Notes: a model not told the origin generated them from the letters alone. A stretch of 44,939 nt of DNA from Actinomycetota bacterium (GCA_028695395.1 JAQVJB010000001.1:1-44939), one strand, 5' to 3'. Shown: positions 8,297 through 18,648, numbered from the stretch's first letter. Translations and numbers: made by a program.

Positions 8297-9262
8297 ATGA
8301 ATTTTTATTTTAAAACTTTTATTGATGTACTGAGTGTTACCATACCTATTTTTGTTGTAGTGGCGATAGGATATATTTTCAGGAAAACAGGTATAATTTC
8401 TGAAAAGGCAGTACCTGGCTTAAATAAGATAGCGTACTATCTTGGCCTGACGACTCTTATCTTCACAAGCATAGTAAAATATGATTTGAAAGAGATTTTT
8501 AATATCGGCATGGTTAAAACTCTTTATACTACTTTTGCAATTTTTATTGTCATTGTTTTTATCTCAGTTTATTTTCTTAAGGTTAAACGGAAGACAAAGG
8601 GAGCAATAGCTATATCCAGCTTCAGATGCAATATGGCATTCGTCGGGATACCGATTATCATATCTGCGTTCGGAGATATAGCCGGGGCAAAAAGCAGTAT
8701 AATCATCGGATTTATGACTCCTGTGAATATTATATTTTCAATAATATTTTTAAGGATTCTTGGAGGACAGGATAATGAAAGGAAAAAATACGGGAAACTT
8801 TTTCTAAGCTTTTTGAAAGATCCTTTAGTTATTGCAGCAGTTGCGGGTATGCTTATTTCTTATTTCAGCATTCCTCTGCCTAAGGCATTTCTTGATATTT
8901 TAAATATTCTTGCAGGACTTGCGATTCCTCTTGCTCTTATAACAATAGGCGCCTCCTTTAAGATTTCCCATATAAAACTTAATTTTAAATTTTTGATATT
9001 AGTTTCTTTACTTAAACTGATAATAGAACCCTTTATCGCATTTTTAGTAGGCAGATACATATATGCAATAAATTCTATAGACATAATCATAACTGTAATC
9101 TTATTTGGAATGCCTCTTGCTGTTGCGGCATATATTATGGGCAGAGAATATGATTCCGATTCTGATTTTATTTCATCGGCATTGATTTTTTCGACAATAA
9201 CTTCAGCACTGACAATAACTTTATGGCTTTTCTTTTTAAAGATATTTTTCAGAGTTGCTTAG
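8297..9262 (+). CDS. AEC (auxin efflux carrier) family permease
   Basis: About 10 predicted TM helices in two homologous halves. The N-terminus (LSVTIPIFVVVAIGYIFRKTGIISEKAVPGLNKI) and C-terminal half (PLVIAAVAGMLISYF...LALITIGASF) match the membrane-transport/AEC family pattern. Confidence 0.78.
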   Translation: MNFYFKTFIDVLSVTIPIFVVVAIGYIFRKTGIISEKAVPGLNKIAYYLGLTTLIFTSIVKYDLKEIFNIGMVKTLYTTFAIFIVIVFISVYFLKVKRKTKGAIAISSFRCNMAFVGIPIIISAFGDIAGAKSSIIIGFMTPVNIIFSIIFLRILGGQDNERKKYGKLFLSFLKDPLVIAAVAGMLISYFSIPLPKAFLDILNILAGLAIPLALITIGASFKISHIKLNFKFLILVSLLKLIIEPFIAFLVGRYIYAINSIDIIITVILFGMPLAVAAYIMGREYDSDSDFISSALIFSTITSALTITLWLFFLKIFFRVA

Positions 9263-9279
9263 AGGAACATGCATTAATA

Positions 9280-11622
9280 TCAATACAGCATATTATAAAT
9301 ATAATAGCTTTCCATTACCTTCTTAATATAATTTTTTGTTTCATCATAAGTAATGCTTTCTATAAATTCATCTATATCCAGGCTTCCGTAGCTGTTTATC
9401 CATCTCTGCATTGCTCCGGGCCCACCGTTATAAGCTCCAAGAGCGTAATATTTGTTATTTCCGAAATTTTTTAACTGCTGTGAAATATAATAAGTTCCCA
9501 TCATTATGCTTTTTTCAGGATCGTGCAGCATACTATTATCAAAATTACTTATGCCCAGCTGACTGGCAATATTTTTTCCTGTCGCCGGCATTATCTGCAT
9601 AAGTCCCTGCGCTCCTGCATGTGAGCCTGCATCAGCTTTAAAGCGGGATTCTTCCCTTATTATTGCAAGAATAAAATTTTCATCTATCCCGTATGTATTA
9701 GCATACTTTTTAATATAATCTTTATAAGCAAAAGGATAAAAAAGATAATAGTAGTAATCTTTCTCTCTGCCTGTAAGCCCTGAAGACAATTTTTTATAAT
9801 TTCTTTGAACCAGAAGTATGGAGTTTTCGTAATCCTTGCTCTTTAGGTACATTGTTGATATTTCCAGGATTTTTGAAAGATTTGCATCTATTTCTTCACC
9901 TGAAGCTTCTACCTCTGAAGCGGCACTATCAAAAAATTCAATAAATAATAATTCTTTTGCTTTGTTTATATGAGTCGCTTCTTCTTTTGAAAGGACTATC
10001 TGCGGCTCAAGGTACCCATATATTTCAGGGATTACTTCTGATATTTCAGGATTTTCCGGATCAAGCTCTTTGTTTATTGCGGGAAAATCAACGTTTATCC
10101 CAAGATTCTTCAGTGCGTTTGCTGACTCGAAACCATAATATGAAAAGGAATTTACTGAAAATACACTCTTGTATCCTTCAATGGCTTCCTGCTTCCTTCC
10201 AAGTTTCTCAAGACTTTTGGTTTTCCAGAAAAGGCTTTTTTCTTCAAGGGACGTGCCTTTAAAATGCTTAGACATGGCATCGAAAGTATAAAGCGAGCTA
10301 TCGTACTCCTGAAGCCTGTACTGTATCCATCCAAGTTCCCAGTATGCATCTGATATTCTGTCACCTGAAGGATACTCGTCTATCATTCTCTGGTAATAAA
10401 ATGCGGCATTTTGAAGGTCGCCGGCTATATAGTGTATCCTTCCCGCCCTATAAAGGGAGTCATCTGCAAAATTGCTGGAAGGAAAAATTTCAATAAGTTT
10501 TTTATATATATTTATAGCTCCGTCATAATCATCCAGATTGGTCAGGCATCTTCCGAGATAATAGAGGCTATCGTCTGCCAGGTCTTTAACAGGATATTTA
10601 TCGTAGTTTTCCTGCAGGTAGTCTTTTGCTTTTTTATAATCATTCATGTTATAGAAACTCATACCTGTCCTGAAAAGGGTTTTGGAATAAATGTCCGGAT
10701 ATGATTTTTCCCAACTGCTGTTTTGAAGAATCTTATTAAAGGATTCAAGGGCAAGGTCGTAATAATAAATTTTAAAAAGCTTTTCCCCTCTTGAATACAA
10801 TTCTGCAACAGTAGGTTCAAACTGCGGAAGCCCTTCAATATTTGCAAGGCGGTTTAGATTATCAAATGAATAAATCGCATATTCTGTTTCCGGATACTCA
10901 AGAAATATTTTTTTGAATACTGAATATGCTTCTTCAAGCTTTTTATTTTTTTCCATGCATACTCCCTGCTGGAAAAAGCCATAAGGGGTTAAAGAGGAAT
11001 CAGGATATTCTTTTATATAAGCATTATATTCCTCCTCTGCAGCAACAAAATCTTCATCAAGGTAATATGAATCAGCCAGCTCAATAAGTGATTTCTCCCT
11101 GAATATGCTATCTTTGTAATTATTGATAATGAACTGATAATTTAACACGCTTAAATCATATTTTTCCTGGAGAAGCATGCTTTTTGCAATATAATACCTT
11201 ATATGGTCTTCAAGGATTAAATATTTTGATTTTATCTTCTCAAGATAGTACTGTGCTTTTATATATTCTTTTGCTTCAAATGCTTCCACTCCCAGGATGA
11301 AATAATGTCTTTGCGTTTCAATATCATTAATATCTCCGCTATCTTCAGGTTCATTGCTATTGAATATGATTGTAGTAGTTGTGGTATCTGCATTTATTAA
11401 TGTTGTCTGGGTGGTGCTGGCACTATCTGAATTGCTGGAAAGATTATCATTATTGATGCTGCTATCATTTTGCGGACTATCAGGAATTACCTGCGATTCT
11501 TCCTGGGAAGCGCTTAATTTATTTATTGTGCTGCATCCGGGTAATACCATCGATGAAATGGCAAAAATAAGTAAGAATAAAATAATTGAAATCTTTAATA
11601 TGACATATTTTTTTAAGTACAT
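9280..11622 (-). CDS. slt: Soluble lytic murein transglycosylase (Slt-like) with long TPR/superhelical N-terminal region
   Basis: C-terminal SLT domain with the catalytic Glu context AIIREESRFKADAGSHAGAQGLMQIMPATG and YNGGPG. Upstream are many TPR-like repeats. N-terminal signal peptide with a lipobox-like VLPGCS. The track ORF starts at TTG 11637. ATG 11622 (MYLKKYV...) gives a cleaner signal peptide. Confidence 0.85.
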   Translation of the reverse strand: MYLKKYVILKISIILFLLIFAISSMVLPGCSTINKLSASQEESQVIPDSPQNDSSINNDNLSSNSDSASTTQTTLINADTTTTTIIFNSNEPEDSGDINDIETQRHYFILGVEAFEAKEYIKAQYYLEKIKSKYLILEDHIRYYIAKSMLLQEKYDLSVLNYQFIINNYKDSIFREKSLIELADSYYLDEDFVAAEEEYNAYIKEYPDSSLTPYGFFQQGVCMEKNKKLEEAYSVFKKIFLEYPETEYAIYSFDNLNRLANIEGLPQFEPTVAELYSRGEKLFKIYYYDLALESFNKILQNSSWEKSYPDIYSKTLFRTGMSFYNMNDYKKAKDYLQENYDKYPVKDLADDSLYYLGRCLTNLDDYDGAINIYKKLIEIFPSSNFADDSLYRAGRIHYIAGDLQNAAFYYQRMIDEYPSGDRISDAYWELGWIQYRLQEYDSSLYTFDAMSKHFKGTSLEEKSLFWKTKSLEKLGRKQEAIEGYKSVFSVNSFSYYGFESANALKNLGINVDFPAINKELDPENPEISEVIPEIYGYLEPQIVLSKEEATHINKAKELLFIEFFDSAASEVEASGEEIDANLSKILEISTMYLKSKDYENSILLVQRNYKKLSSGLTGREKDYYYYLFYPFAYKDYIKKYANTYGIDENFILAIIREESRFKADAGSHAGAQGLMQIMPATGKNIASQLGISNFDNSMLHDPEKSIMMGTYYISQQLKNFGNNKYYALGAYNGGPGAMQRWINSYGSLDIDEFIESITYDETKNYIKKVMESYYIYNMLY

Positions 11623-11833
11623 AATCCAACTAAACAAATTTTATTTTTATAATTATAAGTCAGCTCCCGGTCATACCTGTGGAAGATAATATTTAATATT
11701 GTAAAGTATTAAATAGACATAATCAAACCAGTACTGAAGACAATATTGAAAAAGAAAAAATTACATATTAAAATTTAATATTAATTATTTTGCATTAATA
11801 CAAAATTTATTTTTTTTGATTTATAATATAGCC

Positions 11834-12631
11834 ATGGGATTCTGGAAAAAAACAAAAAAAATCGGGCTTGCCCTTAGCGGTGGCGGCGCAAGAGGGTTTG
11901 CCCATATCGGAGTGCTTGAAGTTCTTGAGCAGGAAGGCATAAGTATATCTGCTGTCTCCGGGACAAGCATGGGTTCAGTTGTCGGCTCACTTTATGCCTC
12001 CGGGATATCTGTAAAAGAAATACTTGAATTTATGGATTCCAATGACTGGAAAAGGTTTCTTATAAGTGCCAATTTTACGATTCCGAATCTTCCGGCAATA
12101 AATTCAAGGAAAGTAAACAGGGTTCTTTCAAGACTTCTTGGAGAAAAGACTTTTCAGGAATGCCGTATGCCTTTCTGTGCAGTAGCGGCTGATATCGTTA
12201 AAAAAGAAAAGGTTTTTCTCAAAGAAGGCAGCCTGATTGAAGCTGTGAGGGCTTCCATAGCGATACCTGGGATATTCGAGCCTCTGGTAAGAGATGGACA
12301 GATACTTATAGACGGAGGAGTCGTTGAACCAGTTCCCATAGATGCAGTAAGGACGATGGATGTAGATTTTGTCATCGCTGTAGCTCTGGAAAATCTTGAA
12401 AGAAAAGTAGTCCCTACGCCTAAAACATCCATATTTCATATCCTGGATGTTTCACTTGCCCTGATGGAAAAGGAAATTTATGATAAATATTTTCCAGGTG
12501 CCAATGTAATCATAAAACCTCACACCGGTGATTTTGGAGTTTTTGACTTTGGCAAGGCAGATGAAATAATAAATGCCGGCAGGATTGCAGCTAGGGATAA
12601 GATAGATGAGATTAAAAAAAAGATTTACTGA
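11834..12631 (+). CDS. Patatin-like phospholipase
   Basis: GLALSGGGARGFAHIGVL oxyanion motif, GTSMGS nucleophile elbow (GxSxG) and a DGG catalytic Asp motif (ILIDGGVVEPVP). The track ORF begins at TTG 11816. ATG 11834 (MGFWKK...) is preferred. Confidence 0.85.
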   Translation: MGFWKKTKKIGLALSGGGARGFAHIGVLEVLEQEGISISAVSGTSMGSVVGSLYASGISVKEILEFMDSNDWKRFLISANFTIPNLPAINSRKVNRVLSRLLGEKTFQECRMPFCAVAADIVKKEKVFLKEGSLIEAVRASIAIPGIFEPLVRDGQILIDGGVVEPVPIDAVRTMDVDFVIAVALENLERKVVPTPKTSIFHILDVSLALMEKEIYDKYFPGANVIIKPHTGDFGVFDFGKADEIINAGRIAARDKIDEIKKKIY

Positions 12632-12664
12632 TGTTTTTAAATATTCTTGATATGCGACTATTTT

Positions 12665-13537
12665 TTATTCAAAATCAAGAGAAAAGTCAATTGCTTTTGC
12701 AGAATTAGTCAGGGCACCTACTGATACGATATCTATTCCTGTTTTACAGATTTCTTCCAGAGTCTTGAGGCTGATACCTCCGGAAGCCTCGATGATGCAT
12801 GTATTTCCAAGTATTTCCCTTATTTTTTTTACTGCATCTCTTAAATGTTTGCAATCCATATTGTCAAGCATAATAATGTCAGCCTTGCTTTTTATTGCCT
12901 GTTCCAGATCATCATCAGTCTTTACTTCTACTTCTATTTTTAAAGTATGAGGGACTTCAGAACGTATTTTTTCAATTGCTTTTGATACCCCTCCGCTGGC
13001 TATGATGTGATTATCTTTTATCATGACTCCATCAAAAAGACCGAACCTGTGATTAAAGCCACCGCCGCATCTGACAGCATATTTTTCCAGCAGCCTTAGA
13101 TTGGGAAGAGTTTTTCTTGTTTCTGAAACCTTCACACCATAATCTGAAGCAATATCGGTAAATTTCCTGGTCAATGTTGCTATTCCTGAGAGATGGGAAA
13201 TAAAGTTTAAGGCAATTCTTTCAGACTTTAAAACAGATATCGTTTTTCCATGAAAAGTACATATCTTTTCCTTATTCTTTATTTTTTCACCATCCTGCCT
13301 TAGTATTTTAAGGCTGGCTGAAGAATCAATTGTTTTAAAAATATATTCAGCAATCCCAATTCCGCAGAGTGTGGCTCCGTCTTTTTCTTTGCATATTATG
13401 AAACCATCGGAAATATTATTTTTATTGAAAATATATTTTGATGTTATATCACCATATGCGCCAAGGTCTTCAGCTATTGCGCTTTTAACAATATTTTCAT
13501 AATCTTCTTTATATATATCAGCAATATTATTTTTCAT
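12665..13537 (-). CDS. nadC: Nicotinate-nucleotide pyrophosphorylase (quinolinate phosphoribosyltransferase)
   Basis: Family motifs ETRKTLPNLRLLEKYAVRCGGGFNHRFGLFDGVMIKDNH and IEASGGI. Last gene of the nadA-nadB-nadC string. Confidence 0.92.
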   Translation of the reverse strand: MKNNIADIYKEDYENIVKSAIAEDLGAYGDITSKYIFNKNNISDGFIICKEKDGATLCGIGIAEYIFKTIDSSASLKILRQDGEKIKNKEKICTFHGKTISVLKSERIALNFISHLSGIATLTRKFTDIASDYGVKVSETRKTLPNLRLLEKYAVRCGGGFNHRFGLFDGVMIKDNHIIASGGVSKAIEKIRSEVPHTLKIEVEVKTDDDLEQAIKSKADIIMLDNMDCKHLRDAVKKIREILGNTCIIEASGGISLKTLEEICKTGIDIVSVGALTNSAKAIDFSLDFE

Positions 13538-13545
13538 TTTTACCT

Positions 13546-15297
13546 TCAGTTCACCGGCTCAAAGTAAATATCATTATTTTTCTGGATTATATGCTTTTTC
13601 CAGTTTTTATCATCAGTATCCGGAAAATCACATCTTTGATGTGTCCCCCTGCTTTCCTCTCTTAAAAGTGCAGGAATCAGAATAAGTCTTGCGACAAAAA
13701 ACATATTTAAAAGTTCATTTACTTCTATGCTGGCATTATTATAAAGTGATTGGTTTTCAAGATTTTCATCTACAAAAGCAAGGACTTTCTCCAGCCTTTC
13801 TTTTTCCCTCAATATGCCGACCCTGTTAGTCATGAAATATCGTAATTTTGCCCGGATTTTGCTTATTTCCTCTTTTTTTACTGTTTCACCATAGAATTTT
13901 ATTTCTTTTTTACGCTTTTTTTCTTTATTGCCTGATTCGTAGTAATTTTTTGCTTCTTTGAGTTCTTCTGAAGCAATTATCTCTTTAATGACTTTTTTAA
14001 AATCTTCAATTTCAGCACGGCTTTTTATATCTTTCTTCGATGATTGTTTGCTTTTGATATTATCCAGTATCTTATTATATATTCTTGTTCCAAAGACAAG
14101 GCCTTCCATCAGAGAATTGCTGGCCAGACGGTTTGCCCCGTGAGCTCCTGTTGCGGCTGTTTCCCCGCAGGCGAACATGCCCTTGATATTAGTTTCTCCG
14201 TCTAGCGTAGTCTTTATACCGCCATTTAGATAATGTGCTGCAGGCGATACTTTTATAAGGTCTTTTTTTAAATCAAGACCGTTTTCTTTTAATTTTTTTA
14301 CTATATTCGGAAATCTTATATTAAGCAGATGCTTGTCGATGTGTGTGGCATCAAGCAGAACATAATCCTTTTTGCTTTCCTTCATTACCAGTGTCATTTC
14401 TTTTACCACTATGTCTCTTGGTGCAAGCTCTGCCAAAGGGTGCTTTCCGACCATAAAGCGTTTGCCGCTTATATCCCTTAAAAAAGCACCTTCACCTCTC
14501 AGGGCTTCAGTGATAAGAAAAAGTTCATTATCATTTGTTTTGAATACTGTTGGATGAAACTGTATGAATTCAATATCCTTTATTTCTGCCCCTGCCCTGT
14601 AACTCATTGCTATGCCGTCTCCCGTGCTTACTGCAGGATTTGTAGTTAACTCATAAAGCTGGCCTATGCCGCCAGTTGAAATAACAATATTTGCACATGG
14701 ATGTATTTCAATTTTCCCAGTACTGGTATCAAGAACTACTACCCCGCATACGGAGTCATTGGCAACCAGGATATCAAGAACAAAGTTTTCGGGGTAAAAT
14801 TCAATATTATTAATTTTTTTTGAATAGATTATTAATTTTTTTTCAATTTCCTCGCCCGTGGCATCTCCTCCAGCATGAAGAACCCTGGGACTTGAATGTC
14901 CGCCTTCAAGAGTCAGCCCAATTTCTCCATTAGCTATATCAAAAGTGACACCATCTTCAATGAGGTCTTCAATCATCTGGGGAGCGCTCTTCACAAGTGT
15001 CTCTACAGCTTTGCTGTCGCACAATCCCTGTCCAGAGGTTATAGTGTCCTCATAATGTTTTTTCCAATTATCAGGACCTTTTATTGCAGCCGCAATTCCT
15101 CCCTGTGCATACCAGGTATTTGATTCGGATAGCGAGCTCTTTGTAAATATCTTTAATTTTATATGATTTGAAAGCCTAATTGCAGTAGATAAACCTGCAA
15201 TTCCGCTGCCGATTATAATGCAGTCTGAAAAATCGTGTATCCTTTCAAAATATGAAGGATCTATCAGAAAGCGAGGGAATGTTTTTTTTATTTCCAC
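13546..15297 (-). CDS. nadB: L-aspartate oxidase
   Basis: FAD-binding IIIGSGIAGLS, YAQGGIAA, HPTV and GANRLASNSLMEGLVFG motifs, and the C-terminal ESRGTHQRCDFP. Contains a Lys/Glu-rich insertion of about 50 aa between the FAD domain and the C-terminal helical domain. Confidence 0.92.
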   Translation of the reverse strand: MEIKKTFPRFLIDPSYFERIHDFSDCIIIGSGIAGLSTAIRLSNHIKLKIFTKSSLSESNTWYAQGGIAAAIKGPDNWKKHYEDTITSGQGLCDSKAVETLVKSAPQMIEDLIEDGVTFDIANGEIGLTLEGGHSSPRVLHAGGDATGEEIEKKLIIYSKKINNIEFYPENFVLDILVANDSVCGVVVLDTSTGKIEIHPCANIVISTGGIGQLYELTTNPAVSTGDGIAMSYRAGAEIKDIEFIQFHPTVFKTNDNELFLITEALRGEGAFLRDISGKRFMVGKHPLAELAPRDIVVKEMTLVMKESKKDYVLLDATHIDKHLLNIRFPNIVKKLKENGLDLKKDLIKVSPAAHYLNGGIKTTLDGETNIKGMFACGETAATGAHGANRLASNSLMEGLVFGTRIYNKILDNIKSKQSSKKDIKSRAEIEDFKKVIKEIIASEELKEAKNYYESGNKEKKRKKEIKFYGETVKKEEISKIRAKLRYFMTNRVGILREKERLEKVLAFVDENLENQSLYNNASIEVNELLNMFFVARLILIPALLREESRGTHQRCDFPDTDDKNWKKHIIQKNNDIYFEPVN

Positions 15298-15301
15298 TTT
15301 T

Positions 15302-16219
15302 TTATCCTGTAAACTCAGTCATTTTTTCAAGAGAAGTCCTGGCTTTTTCGATTATTTCATCAGACAGGTTTATTTCATATATATTATCTTCCAGGGACCA
15401 CATTATTTTTTCCAGATTTATAAGTTTCATATTGGGGCAAATGGTATTTTTTTGGGCTGGATAGAATATTTTCTTAGGATTGAGTTTTTGCAATCTATGT
15501 ATAATTCCTATTTCAGTGCCAATAATAAATTCATTATTCGAAGATTCCTGGACATGTCTGAGCATTCCTCCGGTGCTTAAGACTTTATCCGCAATTTCGG
15601 TAACCTCTGGCGTACACTCAGGATGCACAAGTATTTCAGCGCCAAGGTGCTCCTTTTTAAGCTGTATCAGCATCTTTGCGTTTATCATTACATGAGTCGG
15701 GCAATATCCTCTCCAGAGAATCATTTTTCTTCCGGTCTGGCTCATCACATAAGTGCCTAAATATTTATCGGGAATAAAAATTATTTCTTTATCTTCAGGA
15801 ATCGAACTAACCACTTTGACTGCATTTGCACTGGTACAGCAGATATCAACAAGTGCCTTTACTTCTGCTGTTGAATTAACATAGCATACTATTACAGCAT
15901 CCGGATGTTCTTCCCTGAGTTTTTTAACATCTTTTGCATTAATCATATCTGCCATCGGACATCCGGCCCCGTTATCAGGCAGAAGGACTTTTTTGCCAGG
16001 ATTCAGTATTTTTGCTGTTTCCGCCATAAATTTTACACCGCAGAACACAATAGTGCTTTTTTTTACCTCTGAAGCCTTTATGCTTAACTCTAAAGAATCT
16101 CCGACAAAATCGGCTATATCCTGCACTTCGCCAATCTGGTAATTGTGAGCAAGTATTACTGCATCATTTTCTTTCCGAAGCTTGTTTATGTTTTCTATAA
16201 GTTCTATGCTTTTGTTCAT
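15302..16219 (-). CDS. nadA: Quinolinate synthase
   Basis: ILAHNYQ, VGDSLELS, FCGVKFMAETAKILNP, HPEC and three-domain NadA organisation with cluster-ligand cysteines. Confidence 0.93.
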   Translation of the reverse strand: MNKSIELIENINKLRKENDAVILAHNYQIGEVQDIADFVGDSLELSIKASEVKKSTIVFCGVKFMAETAKILNPGKKVLLPDNGAGCPMADMINAKDVKKLREEHPDAVIVCYVNSTAEVKALVDICCTSANAVKVVSSIPEDKEIIFIPDKYLGTYVMSQTGRKMILWRGYCPTHVMINAKMLIQLKKEHLGAEILVHPECTPEVTEIADKVLSTGGMLRHVQESSNNEFIIGTEIGIIHRLQKLNPKKIFYPAQKNTICPNMKLINLEKIMWSLEDNIYEINLSDEIIEKARTSLEKMTEFTG

Positions 16220-16578
16220 TTTGATTATTCCACAATAATATATTGAAAATTATTATTTTTAACTGCCTTACAGCCAGCCTTATGCCTAAGATGCGATTTA
16301 CAGAAAATCAGTACAAATAAAATAATGTGCTCTTATTTTAAAATATAAATTAAAAAAAATAAAACATAACTATAAAATGAGTTATTTAAATAAAAATAAC
16401 AAGACTTATATAATCAATATACTTGATATTTTAAAAATCTTCTTTTAATGTTATAAATCTATATTCTGGTTCATATTTTTAATAATTGTGATTGATTTAT
16501 TTTAAATATTAATCTTATATAGATTTTAATAAATATAAATTATCATATTTATTTAAAGTTGAATTTTAAGGGGAAATT

Positions 16579-18648
16579 TTGAAACTGATTATTAGCGAAA
16601 AAGAAATAGCGGCAAGAAGAATAGCACAGATTCTTTCAGACAATAATGCAAAAGAAGAAAAGGTATATAGCGTACCGGTTCATTCTTTTTCCTATAGAGG
16701 TACAGACTTCAAATCCATAGGCCTGAAGGGGCATATACTTCAGGTTGAGTTTCCCCCCGAGTACACGAACTGGATAAAAGTACCCCCGCAGGAACTTATT
16801 GATGCCAGCCTTGAGAAGAAGCCGATTGAAAAAAGAATAATCCAGGCTTTGAATAAAATTTCAGCAGATGCGGAAAGCATAATAATCGCAACTGACTTTG
16901 ACAGGGAAGGAGAATTAATAGGTTATGATGCCTATGACCTTCTAAGAAATAAATATGGAGAGATACCTGTTAAGAGGGCGAGATTTTCTGCGATAACGCA
17001 AAAAGATATAAATAATGCTTTTTCAAACTTGGAGAAGCTTGATTTAAACCTTGCTTTTGCAGGAATGGCCAGGCAGGATATAGATCTGATATGGGGGGCT
17101 GTCCTTACCAGGTTTATTTCACTTTCATCATTCCAGCTGCGGGAAAAATTTCTTTCAGTGGGAAGGGTGCAGACACCTACCCTTGCAATTCTGGTTGAAA
17201 GAGAACTGGAGATAAAAAATTTTATTTCTGTACCTTACTGGCAGATAAAAACAGTACTCAAGAACCGTAATGGAGAAAAATTTGATTCTTTTTATTACAA
17301 AAAGAAGATACTGGATGAAAATGAAGCGCAGAAGATATTTGAGAAAATCAAAGATAAAGGCACTGTTTCATCTATAAAAGAAGTTAACAGAGCCATAAAG
17401 CCGCCGACGCCTCTAAACACTACGGCGCTTATAGTTGCAGCAAGCTCTATAGGGTTTTCTGCACAAAAAACAATAAATATAGCAGAAAATCTTTATATAA
17501 ACGGTTTTATTAGCTATCCAAGGACAGATAATACCGTGTATCCTTCATCAATTGATTTAAAGGAAACTGTTTTAAATCTGAAAAGTAATAATGATTTCAG
17601 CAATATGATAGAGGCTGTTATCTCCCAAAAAAATTTAAAGCCGACCAGGGGTGCAAGGAAAACCACCGATCATCCGCCGATTTACCCCGTATCAGCAGCA
17701 AATAAAAATGAATTAAGAGATGATGAGTGGAAGCTATATGAGCTTATAGCCAGAAGATTTGCCTGCACTCTTTTGCCTGAAGCATCGGTAAAGAATATGG
17801 CAGTAAATATTGATATAAACGGTTTGAAATTTATTGCAAACGGTTCGACAATGCTTAGTGAAGGATGGACAAAGTTTTATCCTTATTACAAACATATTGA
17901 AATTTCCTTGCCGGATATTAAACAAGATGAAGAGCTTGAGGTATTCAAAAAAGAAATAAATGCTAAAAAAACAAAACCACCGGCAAGATATACCCAGGGA
18001 AGGCTTGTAGAGAAAATGGAAGAAGCAAATCTGGGAACAAAGGCAACAAGGCATTCTATCATACAGAATCTTATAAGCAGGGGATATGTAAAAGGTAATC
18101 CTCTTGAAGCTACAAACAAAGCAATTGCAGTGATAAGTGCTTTGAAGGATTATGCATCAAGGATTACAACTCCGGAAATGACATCTGAACTTGAAACAGA
18201 TATGGATGCTATAGCCAAAGGTGAATTTAAAAAGGCAGAAGTCGTTGATATATCAAGAAATAGGCTAAGAGAAATAATGAAAATCCTTATTGACAAGAAA
18301 AAGGAAATAGGAAAAGCAATAAAGGATGGAATAAAGGATGACGAAATAGTAGGCAAGTGCCAGTCCCCGGACTGTGACGGCAATCTTATAATAAGGGTAT
18401 CAAATAAAACAAGGAAAAAATTCATAGGCTGTTCGAATTACCCTAAATGTACCCAGTCTTTTTCAATGCCGCAGAACGGTCTTGTGCTGACCACTGATTC
18501 TGTTTGCAAGACCTGCAGCTTTCCTATAATAAGGATAATAAGAAAAGGAAGAAAACCCTGGGATTTATGTATAAATCCGGAGTGCCCGTCAAAAAATGAA
18601 AATTATAAAAATAACAAAAATAAAAAGTCAGATAAAAAAACTGATTAA
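16579..18648 (+). CDS. topA: Type IA DNA topoisomerase (Topo III / archaeal-TopA-like) with two C-terminal zinc ribbons
   Basis: TTG start with AAGGGGA RBS. TOPRIM motifs LIISEKEIAARRIA and IIIATDFDREGE. Active-site tyrosine context GFISYPRTDN. C-terminal C4 motifs CQSPDCDGN...CSNYPKC and CKTCSF...CINPECP. Confidence 0.9.
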   Translation: MKLIISEKEIAARRIAQILSDNNAKEEKVYSVPVHSFSYRGTDFKSIGLKGHILQVEFPPEYTNWIKVPPQELIDASLEKKPIEKRIIQALNKISADAESIIIATDFDREGELIGYDAYDLLRNKYGEIPVKRARFSAITQKDINNAFSNLEKLDLNLAFAGMARQDIDLIWGAVLTRFISLSSFQLREKFLSVGRVQTPTLAILVERELEIKNFISVPYWQIKTVLKNRNGEKFDSFYYKKKILDENEAQKIFEKIKDKGTVSSIKEVNRAIKPPTPLNTTALIVAASSIGFSAQKTINIAENLYINGFISYPRTDNTVYPSSIDLKETVLNLKSNNDFSNMIEAVISQKNLKPTRGARKTTDHPPIYPVSAANKNELRDDEWKLYELIARRFACTLLPEASVKNMAVNIDINGLKFIANGSTMLSEGWTKFYPYYKHIEISLPDIKQDEELEVFKKEINAKKTKPPARYTQGRLVEKMEEANLGTKATRHSIIQNLISRGYVKGNPLEATNKAIAVISALKDYASRITTPEMTSELETDMDAIAKGEFKKAEVVDISRNRLREIMKILIDKKKEIGKAIKDGIKDDEIVGKCQSPDCDGNLIIRVSNKTRKKFIGCSNYPKCTQSFSMPQNGLVLTTDSVCKTCSFPIIRIIRKGRKPWDLCINPECPSKNENYKNNKNKKSDKKTD

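Noticed and set aside
16220-16578. Possible NAD+ riboswitch or NiaR/NrtR operator upstream of nadA, or an oriC-like region next to topA.
   Set aside because: I could not find the tandem-domain nadA-motif consensus or known NAD-regulator palindromes. The only DnaA-box-like string (TGTGGAATAA) has an insertion and is single. Only the unexplained GC-rich repeats are reported, as a low-interest finding.
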